Shown one piece after another: positions 1 to 11,290 of a stretch of DNA of 64,000 nt. Numbering within the stretch: position 1 is the stretch's first letter; each line of letters opens with the position of its first letter. The notes beneath the pieces are model-generated. The model worked only from the letters and a program-made list of their open reading frames with translations, had not been told where the DNA came from and ran no database searches. Origin of the DNA: Octopus sinensis. Lineage: Eukaryota. Location: the NCBI RefSeq assembly GCF_006345805.1, contig NC_043007.1:64108001-64172000 (forward strand). The letters are read 5' to 3'. Position numbers and translations under genes: made by a program.

Positions 1-104
1 AGACATCAACTGATATTGCGTTTTTTCTTCATTGTATATTTATTTGTGGTAAACTTTTGAATACTAATCATTTGTAAATACGTTATCTTTAGATTAACTT
101 TATC

Positions 105-356
105 TTTTATTTGTTTCAGTCATTAGACTACAGCTATACTGGGGCATCGCCTTGAAGAATTTTTTTAAGCAGATGAAATGATCCCAGTACATATTTTTTT
201 AAAGCCTTGTATTGAACTCTTTTACCAAACTGCTAAGTTATGGGGATGTAAACACACCAACACTGGTTGTCAAGCAGTGGTAGAGGACACTGACACAAAG
301 ACCCACACACACACACATGTATGTATGTATATGTATGTATGTATGTATATATATAT

Positions 357-393
<37 letters not shown>

Positions 394-548
394 GATGAGC
401 TTCTTTCAGTTTCTGCTTACCAAATCCACTCACAAGGCTTTGGCCGGCCCAAGGCTATAGTAGAAGACACTTCCCCAAGATGACATGCAGTGGGACTGAA
501 CTTGGAACCATGTGGTTGAAAAGCAAGCTTCTTACCACACCCGCACCT
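105..548 (-). mobile_element. tRNA-derived SINE, family B (with internal microsatellite)
   Basis: Reverse complement carries head gctgtgtggtaagaagcttg...ggttcagtcccactgc, body ttgggcaagtgtcttctactatagcc and tail gctccagcatggcc...aaaaga; same sequence recurs about 12 times in the window. Confidence 0.85.
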
Positions 549-599
549 ATAATTGATAATTGATTCCCTCCTTCTATGCCTCTAACCCTACTAGCATAC

Positions 600-674
600 C
601 ACCTTCTTGGCTTGATTTGAGACTTGGCTCTTTCTGTCCTCCCTCTCCAATTCCTGCAATGTGTTCTTTATATT
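600..674 (-). CDS. Candidate internal exon of an unidentified minus-strand gene
   Basis: Acceptor ctcttgttttaattcacag|, donor gtg|gtatgc (or aag|gtggta, 72 nt); 75 nt, two open frames (NIKNTLQELEREDRKSQVSNQAKKV or EYKEHIAGIGEGGQKEPSLKSSQEG). Confidence 0.4.
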
Positions 675-723
675 CTGTGAATTAAAACAAGAGGGATAGA
701 ATTAGCAATATTAATAATAGTTT

Positions 724-939
724 GAAGGCAGCATGCTAACAGAATCATCAGTATGTTAGACTAAAATGCTTAGTGGCATTTCTTCTGTCCTTACATTCTG
801 AGTTCAAATTCCACTAAGAATGACTTTGCCTTTTCTCCTTTTGGGGTTGATAAAATAAGCACCAGTTAAGCACTGGGGTCAATGTAATCAATTAACTCCC
901 ATCTCCTGAACTTGCTGACCTTGTGCCAAAATTTGAAAC
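724..939 (+). mobile_element. tRNA-derived SINE, family A, with 18-bp TSD
   Basis: A/B-box-like head (gttcaaattcc); TSD caatattaataatagttt at 706-723 and 940-957. Confidence 0.9.
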
Positions 940-957
940 CAATATTAATAATAGTTT

Positions 958-1160
958 CAAACTTTTGCACAAGGCCAGCAATTTTAGCAGAGGAAGCAAA
1001 TCAATTACTTTGATCCCAGTGCACAACAGGTTACCCAGTTTATCAACCCTAAAAGGATGAAAGTCAAAGTTGCCCATGGCAGAATTTGAACTCTGAATGA
1101 AAAGATCCAGAAGAAATGTGGCTAAGCATTTTATCCAACACACTGATTCTTGCAGCTTGA
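958..1160 (-). mobile_element. SINE family A, inverted relative to neighbour
   Basis: gaatttgaactc and aaggatgaaagtcaaagtt match family A in reverse. Confidence 0.8.
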
Positions 1161-1224
1161 TAATAGTGATAATAACAATATCTAAAATAGGTTTTCTAAA
1201 GAAGCAAATATAAATTTAAAATAC

Positions 1225-1425
1225 AGGTACAAGGCAAATGACTTTTTTTGGTGGACTGGAAATTATAGTAGTTATATTGACCTTAGTATTAACAAGTATT
1301 GATTACATTATTTTATCCCCCTTCCAGAAGGATAAAAGGCAGAGTTGTTTTTACTGGGATTCGGGATTTGAACGTAAGTAAATTACATCAAGGCATTTTG
1401 TCCACTACCTTATCAATGTAGCCAA
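1225..1425 (-). mobile_element. Degenerate SINE family A
   Basis: Residual aaggataaaaggcagagtt...gatttgaac...aagcattttgtcc. Confidence 0.5.
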
Positions 1426-1974
1426 TAACATTAATAATGATAATTCCAGAAACACCAAAAGTCAGTAGATATTTCAGAAGCTAATATTGACAATTACTGT
1501 TGACCAATTACTATTATGAAAATCAGGCCACTCTGATTAGTAATATGTAATTTAGTACAACTTGCTACATGAGCAGGTTGTTGGTGACTATACTGGCATT
1601 TCCTGATGAGGATGGTTACTTGAAACTCAATAAAATACAAACAAGACCTGTTAAAAGATGAATAGACCCAGCATAGGCTCAATGACTATCCAGCAATAAT
1701 GTGAGGGGACACACAAATCCTCACTCAAAATTTATGATGCGTCTCTTCCAGAATTTGATAGCTATTAGTGGTCACATCCTCCACATCTAGGTACCCTAAA
1801 GTAAAGCCAATCCTTATATTACATGGTATGACTGATTTCTATTTCAGCAATATTCTAGTGATTAGAATATGCAATGTGATTGGCCCCTATTTTAAAAACA
1901 CCCATGAAATCTCTTCACAAAATGTGAACCAAAACAGTTGTAGTTTCAGTTATGAAAATTGAGCCAATAAGAGA

Positions 1975-2110
1975 TAGCCACTCAATTTCAAAGAAAAGTA
2001 GCTAAATTTCCCTCAAACTAACTCCTACCATCTTACAAATGTGACTCTTTATATGCTGTGCCTGAAAACAAAAGATGACATGATCGTGGCTGGAATGTTT
2101 AGAAAATTTT
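1975..2110 (-). mobile_element. Dispersed repeat family C (SINE-like) fragment
   Basis: ctaaatttccctcaaactaac...gatcgtggctggaatg shared with 37915, 39155, 54935, 55240 and 56885. Confidence 0.55.
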
Positions 2111-3029
2111 GCTCCTAACAACAAATGCTGAACTGTAGAAGACAGACATTTCCCAACTATAAGAATAAAAAGACAATAAGAATTTGCAAATACAGCTGTA
2201 AGTCGTTTTAATCTTGATACTGCATGCAAATTACAGTATTTGTATAGAAAGAGATAAAGACAGTTTCTGTGTATTCATATTCATATACAAGAGGTGGTTA
2301 TGTTTGACTGTTACATCACTTGGAATCACAGCAGGAAGAAAATACGTCTAATCACTATGGTTGCATCATCCAAAAGCTATAGATTTAATTCTCCCACAAT
2401 GCAACACCATGATGTGTGCCATCCAGTGGCCAATGAATGAGACAATTGGTTTCAAAGGAGGTTACTGTCTCCATGCTCCACCCCCCCAGCAAGACTTGAA
2501 GTTGGAAATAATGAATGGTGGACGGAAAGTTAAGGGAATACAAACACACAGAGATTGCAAAGAGGCAACTGTGGGAGAAATGTGTACAATGTGAAAAAGA
2601 CAAAAAACTTTGAGAAAAAATCTGCATGCACAAATAACAAAAGTAAATGCAAAAGGCATACAAAAGGAAAGCAACAGTGTGTGTGATGCTTGTGGACATA
2701 TATACAACTGTATGGATCTATGTGACGCATGGCAAACAGTATGCGTGTGTGTAATGTGGACATATATATATAGATGTCTGTGTGCTTTTTTTTGTTTTTG
2801 TAACAAGAATGTGAAATTGGAAAACATGAGTGTCACCGTAACAGATAACGTGAGGCAGAAAGTCATATAAAAATTGTTTTTGATAGTCTTTTCAGCCAAT
2901 ATACCAACCTGCCCGAACATGTTGAGGTTAGTGTGGAGTCTTTGCAATTTGTTTATTTTATTGGGTGTAGGTACTTGTTGTAGTGGTGGGCATGAAAATG
3001 TCCATGGAAAGAAAGGTATATCCATTTTG

Positions 3030-3565
3030 GTGAATGCTTTTTTTTAACTCTGTCGACAGAGACAGTTATATCTTTTCAATTCATATCTACAGTAAACAGT
3101 TTCTCTGTGCACTTAATTACATGGTAAGGACCAGAATAAGGCAGTGTCAATGGACCCTTAACAGAATCATTCCGAATAGACACACACATCCATGTGAATA
3201 TATCAGAAGGAACCGCAGAAGGTACAGACTGTTGTCTAGACAACATTGGAGGTAGGTCCACAAAGAAGGATCTAAGTTGAGTGATATATGAAGTTGGGTC
3301 AGCTTTCCCAATGGGAATTTGACCAGGTAGTGCCAAAGTGGTGCCATACAAGAGTTTGGTAGAAAAGTATCCCAAATCTGCTTTGATGGCTGAATGGCAG
3401 CCTAGTAGAACAATGGGAAGGAATACTGACCAACAGTGGGGTTCAGGAGCAACATGGATCACATCTTTTAGCTGTCTATGAAAACGCTCTACTATTCCAT
3501 TCACAATGGGTCAGTAGCTTGTGGTGTGAATATGCTGTATTCCGAGTAATTGTGACAGTTCATGA
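3030..3565 (-). pseudogene. Ty3/Gypsy pol integrase C-terminal remnant
   Basis: Translation NGIVERFHRQLK...LPIVLLG...LLYG...LPG...KGPLTLPYSGPYHVI...VSVDRVK, typical of integrase core end and GPY motif; stops at both flanks. Confidence 0.85.
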
Positions 3566-3623
3566 AATATATTTATATATGCATAAATTAGCCCTCTGAA
3601 CTTCTTGGACTATCTTATAAAAC

Positions 3624-3747
3624 TCTCTGATGAAGCCTAGAGGCACACCCGAGCACCCTAATTTTATCTACCACTCACTACAGTACACTGAAAAGAGGGA
3701 AATAATATGTGGAGTACTGTGACCTCTTGACAGAAACAGCTGTAAGA
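3624..3747 (+). ncRNA. Type-I hammerhead-like motif with long helix II (Penelope-like remnant)
   Basis: tct-CTGATGA(3627-33)...GAAA(3733-36)-C-AGCT-G-TA-aga; helix I tct/aga; palindromic ACAGCTGT helix III. Confidence 0.55.
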
Positions 3748-4210
3748 AACTGCTCTTCTTTCTCTATTTTAGAAATTACTAGTACATTATATATGTATAT
3801 ATATATATATATATATATTATCAGAACTGTTTCAAATAAATAAATGGACATAATATAATGACTAACAGCTGATGAATACTACCTCTGGATTCCCTCCATT
3901 TTCTTCTTGCCATATAAATTAAGGGTAAAACCACTTATTACCCTCGCCTAGTTATTATACTCAGTAGTGTAATTTCCATCCAATAACCAACACTTGTGTA
4001 TTAACTGGGTATTCTACCAGCAGTATATTGGATAGATACTATCCTTTAGTTGGTTGGATTCACAACCTCTAACTCTCTTTGAATTATATATATATATACA
4101 AAGTATGGAGGTAATGCAGCGGATATATAATTGTTAAAGAGGACAACAAACATTAAAGCAAGTAAAACATCTCAAGTCGTATACAATATTATTATTGGAA
4201 AAAATTCAAA

Positions 4211-4266
4211 GTCTCATAGCTGTTTCTGGGATATCCCTGAGTATGGGATATTCCATCATCAGAGAC
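4211..4266 (-). ncRNA. Hammerhead-like motif, cleavage site mutated
   Basis: gtct-CTGATGA-11-bp helix II-GAAA-C-AGCT-ATG-agac (GTA changed to ATG). Confidence 0.6.
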
Positions 4267-4774
4267 AAGTATGGAAAAATAGGGAAAATGAGAATGGTAT
4301 ATATTAATGAGGGGACAACATAGAGGAAGGGGGTAAAAGAATAAGGAGATGGAAAGAAAGAAGAAAAAAGAAGCATAAATGTTCAACTTTCCGATACTAC
4401 AGAAGTAAGAGAATAAGTCCTTAGGTGCATTCTGTGTGGGTTAAAATCCTGATATAGTAGACATACAGAGAAAAAAGATGCGAACATATCAATGTTCAAT
4501 AACAGAATGGATGTCTACTACATCAGAATTTTAACCCATATGGATCTATGCAAGATTTCACTTAAGGACTTACATTCATAGGTCTACACAAAGATTGAAC
4601 CTAATGACTTATGCTCTTGCTTCTATTGCATCAGAAAGTTGAACTATGAACTTTTATGCTTTTTTTTTCTTCTTTCTTTCCATCCTCTTATTCTTTTTTA
4701 CCCTTTCTCTATGTCGTCGTCTCATTAATATATACCATTCTCATTTTCCCTATATTCCCTATTTTTTCCGATTT

Positions 4775-4840
4775 GTCTCTGATGACGGGATATCCCGGAA
4801 TATCCCATACTTGGGGATATCCCAGAAACAGCTGTAAGAC
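4775..4840 (+). ncRNA. Minimal type-I hammerhead ribozyme, core intact
   Basis: gtct-CTGATGA-c-gggatatccc...gggatatccc-a-GAAA-C-AGCT-G-TA|agac; helix I 4 bp, helix II 10 bp, predicted GUA cleavage after 4836. Confidence 0.8.
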
Positions 4841-4922
4841 TGAATTTTTACCAATAATAATATTGTATACAACTTGAGATGTTTTTTCCTTGCCTTAATA
4901 TTTTTTGTCCTCTTTAACAATT

Positions 4923-6708
4923 ATCATCATCATCATCATCATCATCATTTAGTGTCCGCTTTCCATACTAGCATGGGTTGGACGGTTCAACTGGGGTCTG
5001 TGAAGCCAGAAGGCTGCATCAAGCCCAGTCTGATCTGGCAGTGTTTCTACGGCTGGATGCCCTTCCTAACGCCAACCACTCCGTGAGTGTAGTGGGTGCT
5101 TTTTACGTGCCACATGCACAGGTGCCAGACAGAGCTGGCAAATGGCCATGGACGGATGGTGGTTTTTATGTGCCACCGGCACGGGGGGCCAGGCGAGGCT
5201 GGCAATGGCCACGATCGGATGGTGCTTTTTACATGCCACCGGCACGGGGGCCAGGCGAGGCTGGCAACGGCCACAAATGGATGGCGCTTTTTATGTGCCA
5301 CCGGCACGGGGGCCAGGCGAGGCTGGCAACGGCCACGAACGGATGGTGCTTTTTACGTGCCACCGGCACGGAGGCCAGTCGGGGCGGCGCTGGCAACGGC
5401 CACGATCGGATGGTTCGCTTACTTGTCACCAGCACTGGTATCACAGCTGCAATTTCCATTGATGTTGATCGACTTCAATTTTGGTTCTGCTTTCTGATAC
5501 CTGATTTGATTTGGTTTGATTTTGATTTTCACTTGCCTCAACGGGTCTTCACAAGTAGAGTTATGTGTCCCAAGAAGGAAAGGTATGTATAAGTCGACTG
5601 GCTACATACCAGGTAGAGGCCACGGGTTATGGTCTCACTAGTCTTGCCGGGTCTTCTCATGCACAGCATACTTCCATAGGTCTTGGTCTCTAGTCATTTC
5701 CTTAGTGAGACCTAAAGTTCAAAAGTCGTGCTTCACCACCTCGTCCCAGGTTTTCCTGGGTCTACCTCTTCCACAGGTTCCCTCAACTGCTAGGGTGTGG
5801 CACTTTTTCACACAACTATCTTCAGCCATTCTCATCACATGACCATACCAGCGCAAACGTCTCTCTTGCACACCACAACTGATGCTTCTTAGGTCCAACT
5901 TTTCTCTCAAGGTACTTACATTCTGTCGATTATGAACACTGACATTACACATCCATCGGAGCATACTAGCTTCATTTCTTACGATCTAACGCATATCCTC
6001 AGCAGTCACAGCCCATGTTTCACTACCATGTAGCATGGCTGTACGTACACATGCATCATACAGTCTGCCTTTTACTCTGAGTGAGAGGCCTTTTGTCACC
6101 AGCATGGGTAAGAGCTCTCTAAACTTTGCCCAGGCTATTCTTACTCTAGCAGTTACACTTTCAGCACACCCACCCCCGCTACTGACTTGGTCACCTAGGT
6201 AGCAGAAGCTATCAACTACTTCTAGTTTTTCTCCCTGGAACGTGGTAGAAGTTGGTCTCTGCACATTTTCAGTGTTTATTGCTCCTGAGCATCTGCCACA
6301 GACAAAAACTATATTCCTAGTTAGCCTTCCTTTGACATTGCTGCACCTCTTATGTGTCCATAGCTTACACTTGGTGCACCTTATAGAGTTTCTACCTACA
6401 CCTTTTTTACAGAGCAGGGCCATCTACCTGAAGGCATTTGTGATTGGTCTACCTTCCTACTTATTAGGACTTTGGTTTTGGCTAGGTTGATTCTAAGGCC
6501 CTTCGATTCTAATCCTTGCTTCCACACCTGAAACTTCTCCTCCAGTTCTGATTGTGACTCAGCACTTAGAGCAAGGTCATCACAGGGGCATCCTGTCTTG
6601 AATTCCTCCGTTATTGCCTGGAGGACTATGATGAATAGGAGGGGACTGAGGACTGAACCTTGGTGGACCCCAACCTCTACCCGGAATTCTTCACTGTACT
6701 CGTTGCCA
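4923..6708 (-). mobile_element. 5'-truncated RTE LINE (RT C-terminal part, long 3' UTR with tandem repeats, (GAT)n tail)
   Basis: GRGRPRKTWDEVVKHD, FCYLG, LRWYGHV motifs; YADD region deleted (GCPCDDL); frameshifts. Confidence 0.95.
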
Positions 6709-6834
6709 AATATTATATATATATATATAAATTATATATATATAAATACACACGCACACATATTTACATTTATATATACATACACACACACATACATACT
6801 GATACACATACACACACATAATATGCATATATAT

Positions 6835-7270
6835 ATTATGTCTTTATCTTTTAGTTGTGGCTATGCTTGGGCTTCACTTGGAAGGGTTTAGCTGAACAAA
6901 TCAACCCCACCATTTATTTTTAAACCTGGCACTTACTCTATGAGTCTCTTTTTTGCTGACCCATTATGGGGAAATAAACAAACTAACACCAGCTATCATG
7001 TAGTGTTGGGGGATGAACATGAAGACACACACACACATATAGATAAATATATACATAGATACAGACATACATGTGCATGTGTGTGTGTGTGTGGTGTGTG
7101 TGTGTGTGTACATGACAAGCTTCTGTCTACCAAATCCATTCACCAGGCTTCAATCAGCCCAAAGTTATAGTGAAAGACACTTGCCCAAGGTGCCTTGCAG
7201 TGGGACTGAATCTAATCTAAGACCACATGATTTTGAAACAATCGACTCGTCACACACCCACACCTGTGCC
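6835..7270 (-). mobile_element. SINE family B
   Basis: Matches family B consensus in reverse. Confidence 0.8.
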
Positions 7271-7301
7271 TATATATATATATAGATGAAAGAATATACA
7301 T

Positions 7302-7470
7302 ATATACTTTATTAAAAAGCAGCAAAACTATCACAAAAACTGTTTCTCAGAGTTTCTTGTACCTGTTCGTCAGACAGTTCTGTTTAGAACAAAACTGTCC
7401 AATGAATGGGAATATGAAACTCTGAGTAACAGTTTTTGTGATATTTTTGCTGCTTTTTAATAAAGCATAT
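7302..7470. repeat. ~170-bp fold-back with two divergent hammerhead-like motifs (7336-7379 -, 7391-7436 +)
   Basis: aaaaagcagcaaaactatcacaaaaactgtt mirrors aacagtttttgtgatatttttgctgcttttt; helix I aactgt/acagtt; cores CTGACGA and CCAATGA; GAAA-CTCTGAG-TA. Confidence 0.75.
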
Positions 7471-8384
7471 TACTCTGCCTCTGGTATTCAAAGACTATTT
7501 TTTCTACCTTGTTTCACATTTATGTGCTTACTTTGGTATATACATATATATACATCTATACACACACACACACGCACACACGCACACACACACACATAAA
7601 TACAGACATACATACATGAGTATGTGTGTGTGTGTGTGTAAGATAGTAGTCATGTGATTCCTTTAAGCAAGTTACATCACTTCAAAAAAGCCTTTTTCTG
7701 TCTATGACATATACTTGAAAAATGCTATTCTCTTTCACTGAGTTATTTGAATATTGTATTCTCATCTATGAAACAGTAGAGTTATTCAAGGAATCAAATG
7801 AATGGAGCCATGTGGTTGGGAAGTCTCTCAGGCTAGTTTTCTGCTGGGGTGTAAGAGCAGAGCTGTATACAATGATAAGCTTGATCCTTGAACTGTCTGT
7901 GGTACCAGCAAACCAGAGGGGCTGGTAATGCAAGGATGAGACAACTGGTTTCAAAGGAGGTAACTGTCTACAAATGTATTTGATCTTCTCAATCAGGTTT
8001 GCTTGATCAGAGTTAACATGAAGCTAGACTACTACTACAAGTACTACTGTTGTTACCACTGTTACTACTACTATTGCTGCTGGTGCTACTACCACCAAAA
8101 TCACTCTGCTGATTTTTACTCTTGATAGAAATGTAGCTATTTCAATAGAGATGTAAATGTAATATCCAGCTGCTAGCTTTCATCAGATATACTCATTTAT
8201 TGTCTGCAAATACCCTAAGGGAAATTTAAGCAATTTAAAAGAAGTTGTTCTGGACATCCAGAAAATTTAAATTAGAAAAACAAACCAATCAAATAATCAG
8301 GGTGATTGATGATATTGCCTCTATATATATATACAATTACAAAAAGAATATGGAACATGTTTGGACGGCTATGTAAAGATATAA

Positions 8385-8540
8385 GCAAGGCTGCACAGTC
8401 AAATATTTGTCTTCCCAACCACATGGTTAAGGGTCTTGTTCCACTGCATGGCACCTTGGGCAAGTGTCTTCTACTATAGCCTCAGGCCGACCAAAGCCTT
8501 GTGAGTGGATTTGGTAGACAGAAACCGGAAGAAGACCATC

Positions 8541-8595
<55 letters not shown>

Positions 8596-8825
8596 TAAAT
8601 TTGTGTGTATGTGTCTGTGTTTGTCCCCACTACCATCGCTTGACAAGTGATGCTGGTGTGTTTATGCTCCTGTAACATAGCAGTTTGGCAAAAAAGACTG
8701 ATAGAATAAGTACTAAGCTTACAAAGAATAAGTCCTGGGGTCGATTTCATCGACTAACACCCTTTAAGGTGGTGCTCAAGCATGACCGCAATCAAATGAC
8801 CAAAACAAATAAGAGAATAAAAGAA
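8385..8825 (+). mobile_element. SINE family B with internal (AT)n
   Basis: Near-complete family B sequence. Confidence 0.85.
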
Positions 8826-8829
8826 TATA

Positions 8830-9704
8830 TAGGGTGCGATAGGTAAATTGTTGCCATTTTATGTTTGTTTTTAATTTCATGCATGCACATTGTTTGTTTT
8901 TGGTTTTGTTGACTACACAGTATAGTAGGGTTAGTTGGGCACCATCTGCGAGAAAAACAGCACCATGATGCAATTCACTCTGCCAGAAACTAGGAAACAA
9001 CATGCTGTACTGCTTGACATTCATGCTGGAAGCTCCAATACAAACATTTCAGAGTGTTTGGGTGTCAATCTGAGGATATGCACCGAGAATGATAAAAATC
9101 AAACATCCAGCCAACATCATGGTGTTTGGAGTGATCACTAGTGATGGCAACATTATGCCTCCATTCATCTTCCCACACAACCTCAGACTCAACACAGAAG
9201 CCTACAACAAATGCCTGGAGGAGGTAGTGCTGCCCTGGGTGAAAAGGGTGGATGCTAGAAGACCCTATGTCTAGCAACAGGACTCTACACCATGCCACAC
9301 AAGCAGGAGAACCCAGTTATGGCTGTCACACAATTTCTGCAACCACATTACCCCTAATATCTGGCCACCTAACTCCCCAGACTGCAACCTCCTTGATTAT
9401 TATGTGTATGGGGCAGTTGAATGAAAGACTGACAAAACTCCTTGTAACAGTAAAGATGAACTGAAGGCAAGGATTATGGCAGCATTCACCAACTTAAACA
9501 AGGAGACTGTCCAGAAGAGTTGCAGGAGATTCCAAAGTCATCTGGAAGCCATGGTTGAACCTAATGGTGATTTTATTGAATAAATTTACTCTTTAGTATT
9601 TCAAGATATTTTTATGTAATTTTGGTAAATATATGTTAAAATGAGATGTCAGTGTTATTTTCATTTTAATGTAATTTAGACAACAGTTTATTCACTGCAC
9701 CCTG
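8830..9704 (+). mobile_element. Non-autonomous Tc1/mariner superfamily element, DD37D (maT-type)
   Basis: TA flanks, imperfect cagggtg TIRs; remnant QQDSTPCH...WPPNSPDCNLLDY has 37 residues between the last two D; N-terminal half deleted; in-frame stops. Confidence 0.9.
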
Positions 9705-10149
9705 TATTTATGTATGTATTTGTGTGTGTGTGCATATATATATATATAGCCATCTAAGAATGCATAAGTCAGAAAAATCATGCGCATGTCAATAGAGTGG
9801 GTATATTAATCGAAGCATACAGTATTATATATCCATTACGACTGATCTTGCTATTTCGTTTCACACTAGAGGTTTGACGGAATGTTAGGTAACAACCCAA
9901 TTATGTAACCCTACACTCTTCAGAGACAGCAATTCATCAAATTATTGTGTAGGTGGCTGAGTATTCCACAGATGTATGTAATCTTCAGTTAGAATCTGCA
10001 TGACAAAGAGTTTGACAAGGCTGGCCCTGTGAATTACAAGTACAATCCATCCAATAGGCCTCTACACAGTTTCCATTTTACTTATAAGGCTTGGCTTGAT
10101 CTGAATCTCTGAGAGTGACTTGCTCAAAGTAACATGCTGTAGGATCAAA

Positions 10150-10975
10150 CTCAGAGCTCATGATTGTGATGTCCATCCTTCCATCTTCTTGATCTACTAT
10201 TCCTGAGAGGGTCTGCGGGGCAGAATCCTCAGGGTCCTGTCAAAAGCAACCAGCATTAGACTTTCCAGCTGGATTCCCAAGCATGACCAACTGAAACTAT
10301 GGTTATTATTCAATCATTTCATCTTTGATCAACCATTAGGTCTCCTGCTTGTTGGCTCAGCTTGAAGAATCTATCTTGAAATTCTTTCCTGTGACATTCT
10401 AATCACATATCTGTAGTACTGGAGCTATGGCCCCTTAGGCTCAAATTGGAAAGACTACCTGATCTCTGAGCTATGCACATTGTCAAGTAATGTTACTCCA
10501 GAGAGATGAGGGTGGCAAGCCAGCAGAATCAATAGAACAACAAGCAAAATGCTTAGTGGCATTTCGTCCATCTTAATGTTCTAAGTTCAAATTCCATCAA
10601 AGTTGACTTGGCCTTTCATCCTTTCAAGGTCACTAAAATAAGTACCAGTTAAACACTGGGGTCGAGTAACCAACTTATGCCCTCTCCTGAACTTGCTTGC
10701 CTTGTGCCAAAATTTGAAATCAATGCTACTCCAGAGATCTTTTGGAGAAAACTCATTTTGGTTGCTTGTATTTGCAATTGTATTTACACAACATTCATGA
10801 CCATAGGTGAGGATAGGCACGAAAACTGAATTGAAGATAGCAAGTTTTGCCTTTTATTTCTTCTCCTTTTTTGAGGGTCAATTCCAGCACCTGCAATTCT
10901 AGCATCCAGTTCAGCTTTCTGCTTCCCTTCACTTGTGAATACAGCCCTGAAATTCATATAGTTCTTCATTTATTT
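10150..10975 (-). mobile_element. Old RTE LINE 3' remnant interrupted by a SINE
   Basis: AELDARI...VPILTYGHE...KMSFL and decayed GH-IRM..ER..R/EPTSRRP..RP-like stretches. Confidence 0.65.
10505..10726 (+). mobile_element. SINE family A with 11-bp TSD
   Basis: TSD tactccagaga at 10494-10504 and 10727-10737. Confidence 0.85.
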
Positions 10976-10989
10976 CAGTAATGTTCCAC

Positions 10990-11074
10990 CAACATACAGA
11001 ACACACTGGGAAAACATCTAAAATACTCAGATACCCTGTACCCATACCTATATATACATACATACATACATACA

Positions 11075-11106
<32 letters not shown>

Positions 11107-11219
11107 CATATACATACACACACACACATATATATACATACATACATACATACATACATACATACATACATACATACACACACATACATACATACATACA
11201 CACACACATACATACATAT

Positions 11220-11259
<40 letters not shown>

Positions 11260-11290
11260 GCACACACACATGCCAATACACACCTACACA
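10990..11290. repeat. Compound (ATAC)n/(AC)n microsatellite
   Basis: Direct reading. Confidence 0.95.

Larger units (their letters stand above)
4127..4924. repeat. ~800-bp imperfect fold-back (inverted Penelope-like terminal repeats)
   Basis: Left arm ataattgttaaagaggacaa... mirrors right arm ...ttgtcctctttaacaattat; pairing continues inward to gggttaaaatcctgatatagtagacat / atgtctactacatcagaattttaaccc. Confidence 0.85.

Noticed and set aside
1791-1825. Micro-exon YPKVKPILILHG resembling an alpha/beta-hydrolase motif
   Set aside because: 35 nt, no partner exons found, opposite strand to the better candidate at 600-674
4978-5592. 204-aa ORF and overlapping ORFs; repeat array superficially CRISPR-like
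   Set aside because: GC-rich tandem units of the RTE 3' UTR; no unique spacers, no cas genes, eukaryotic context
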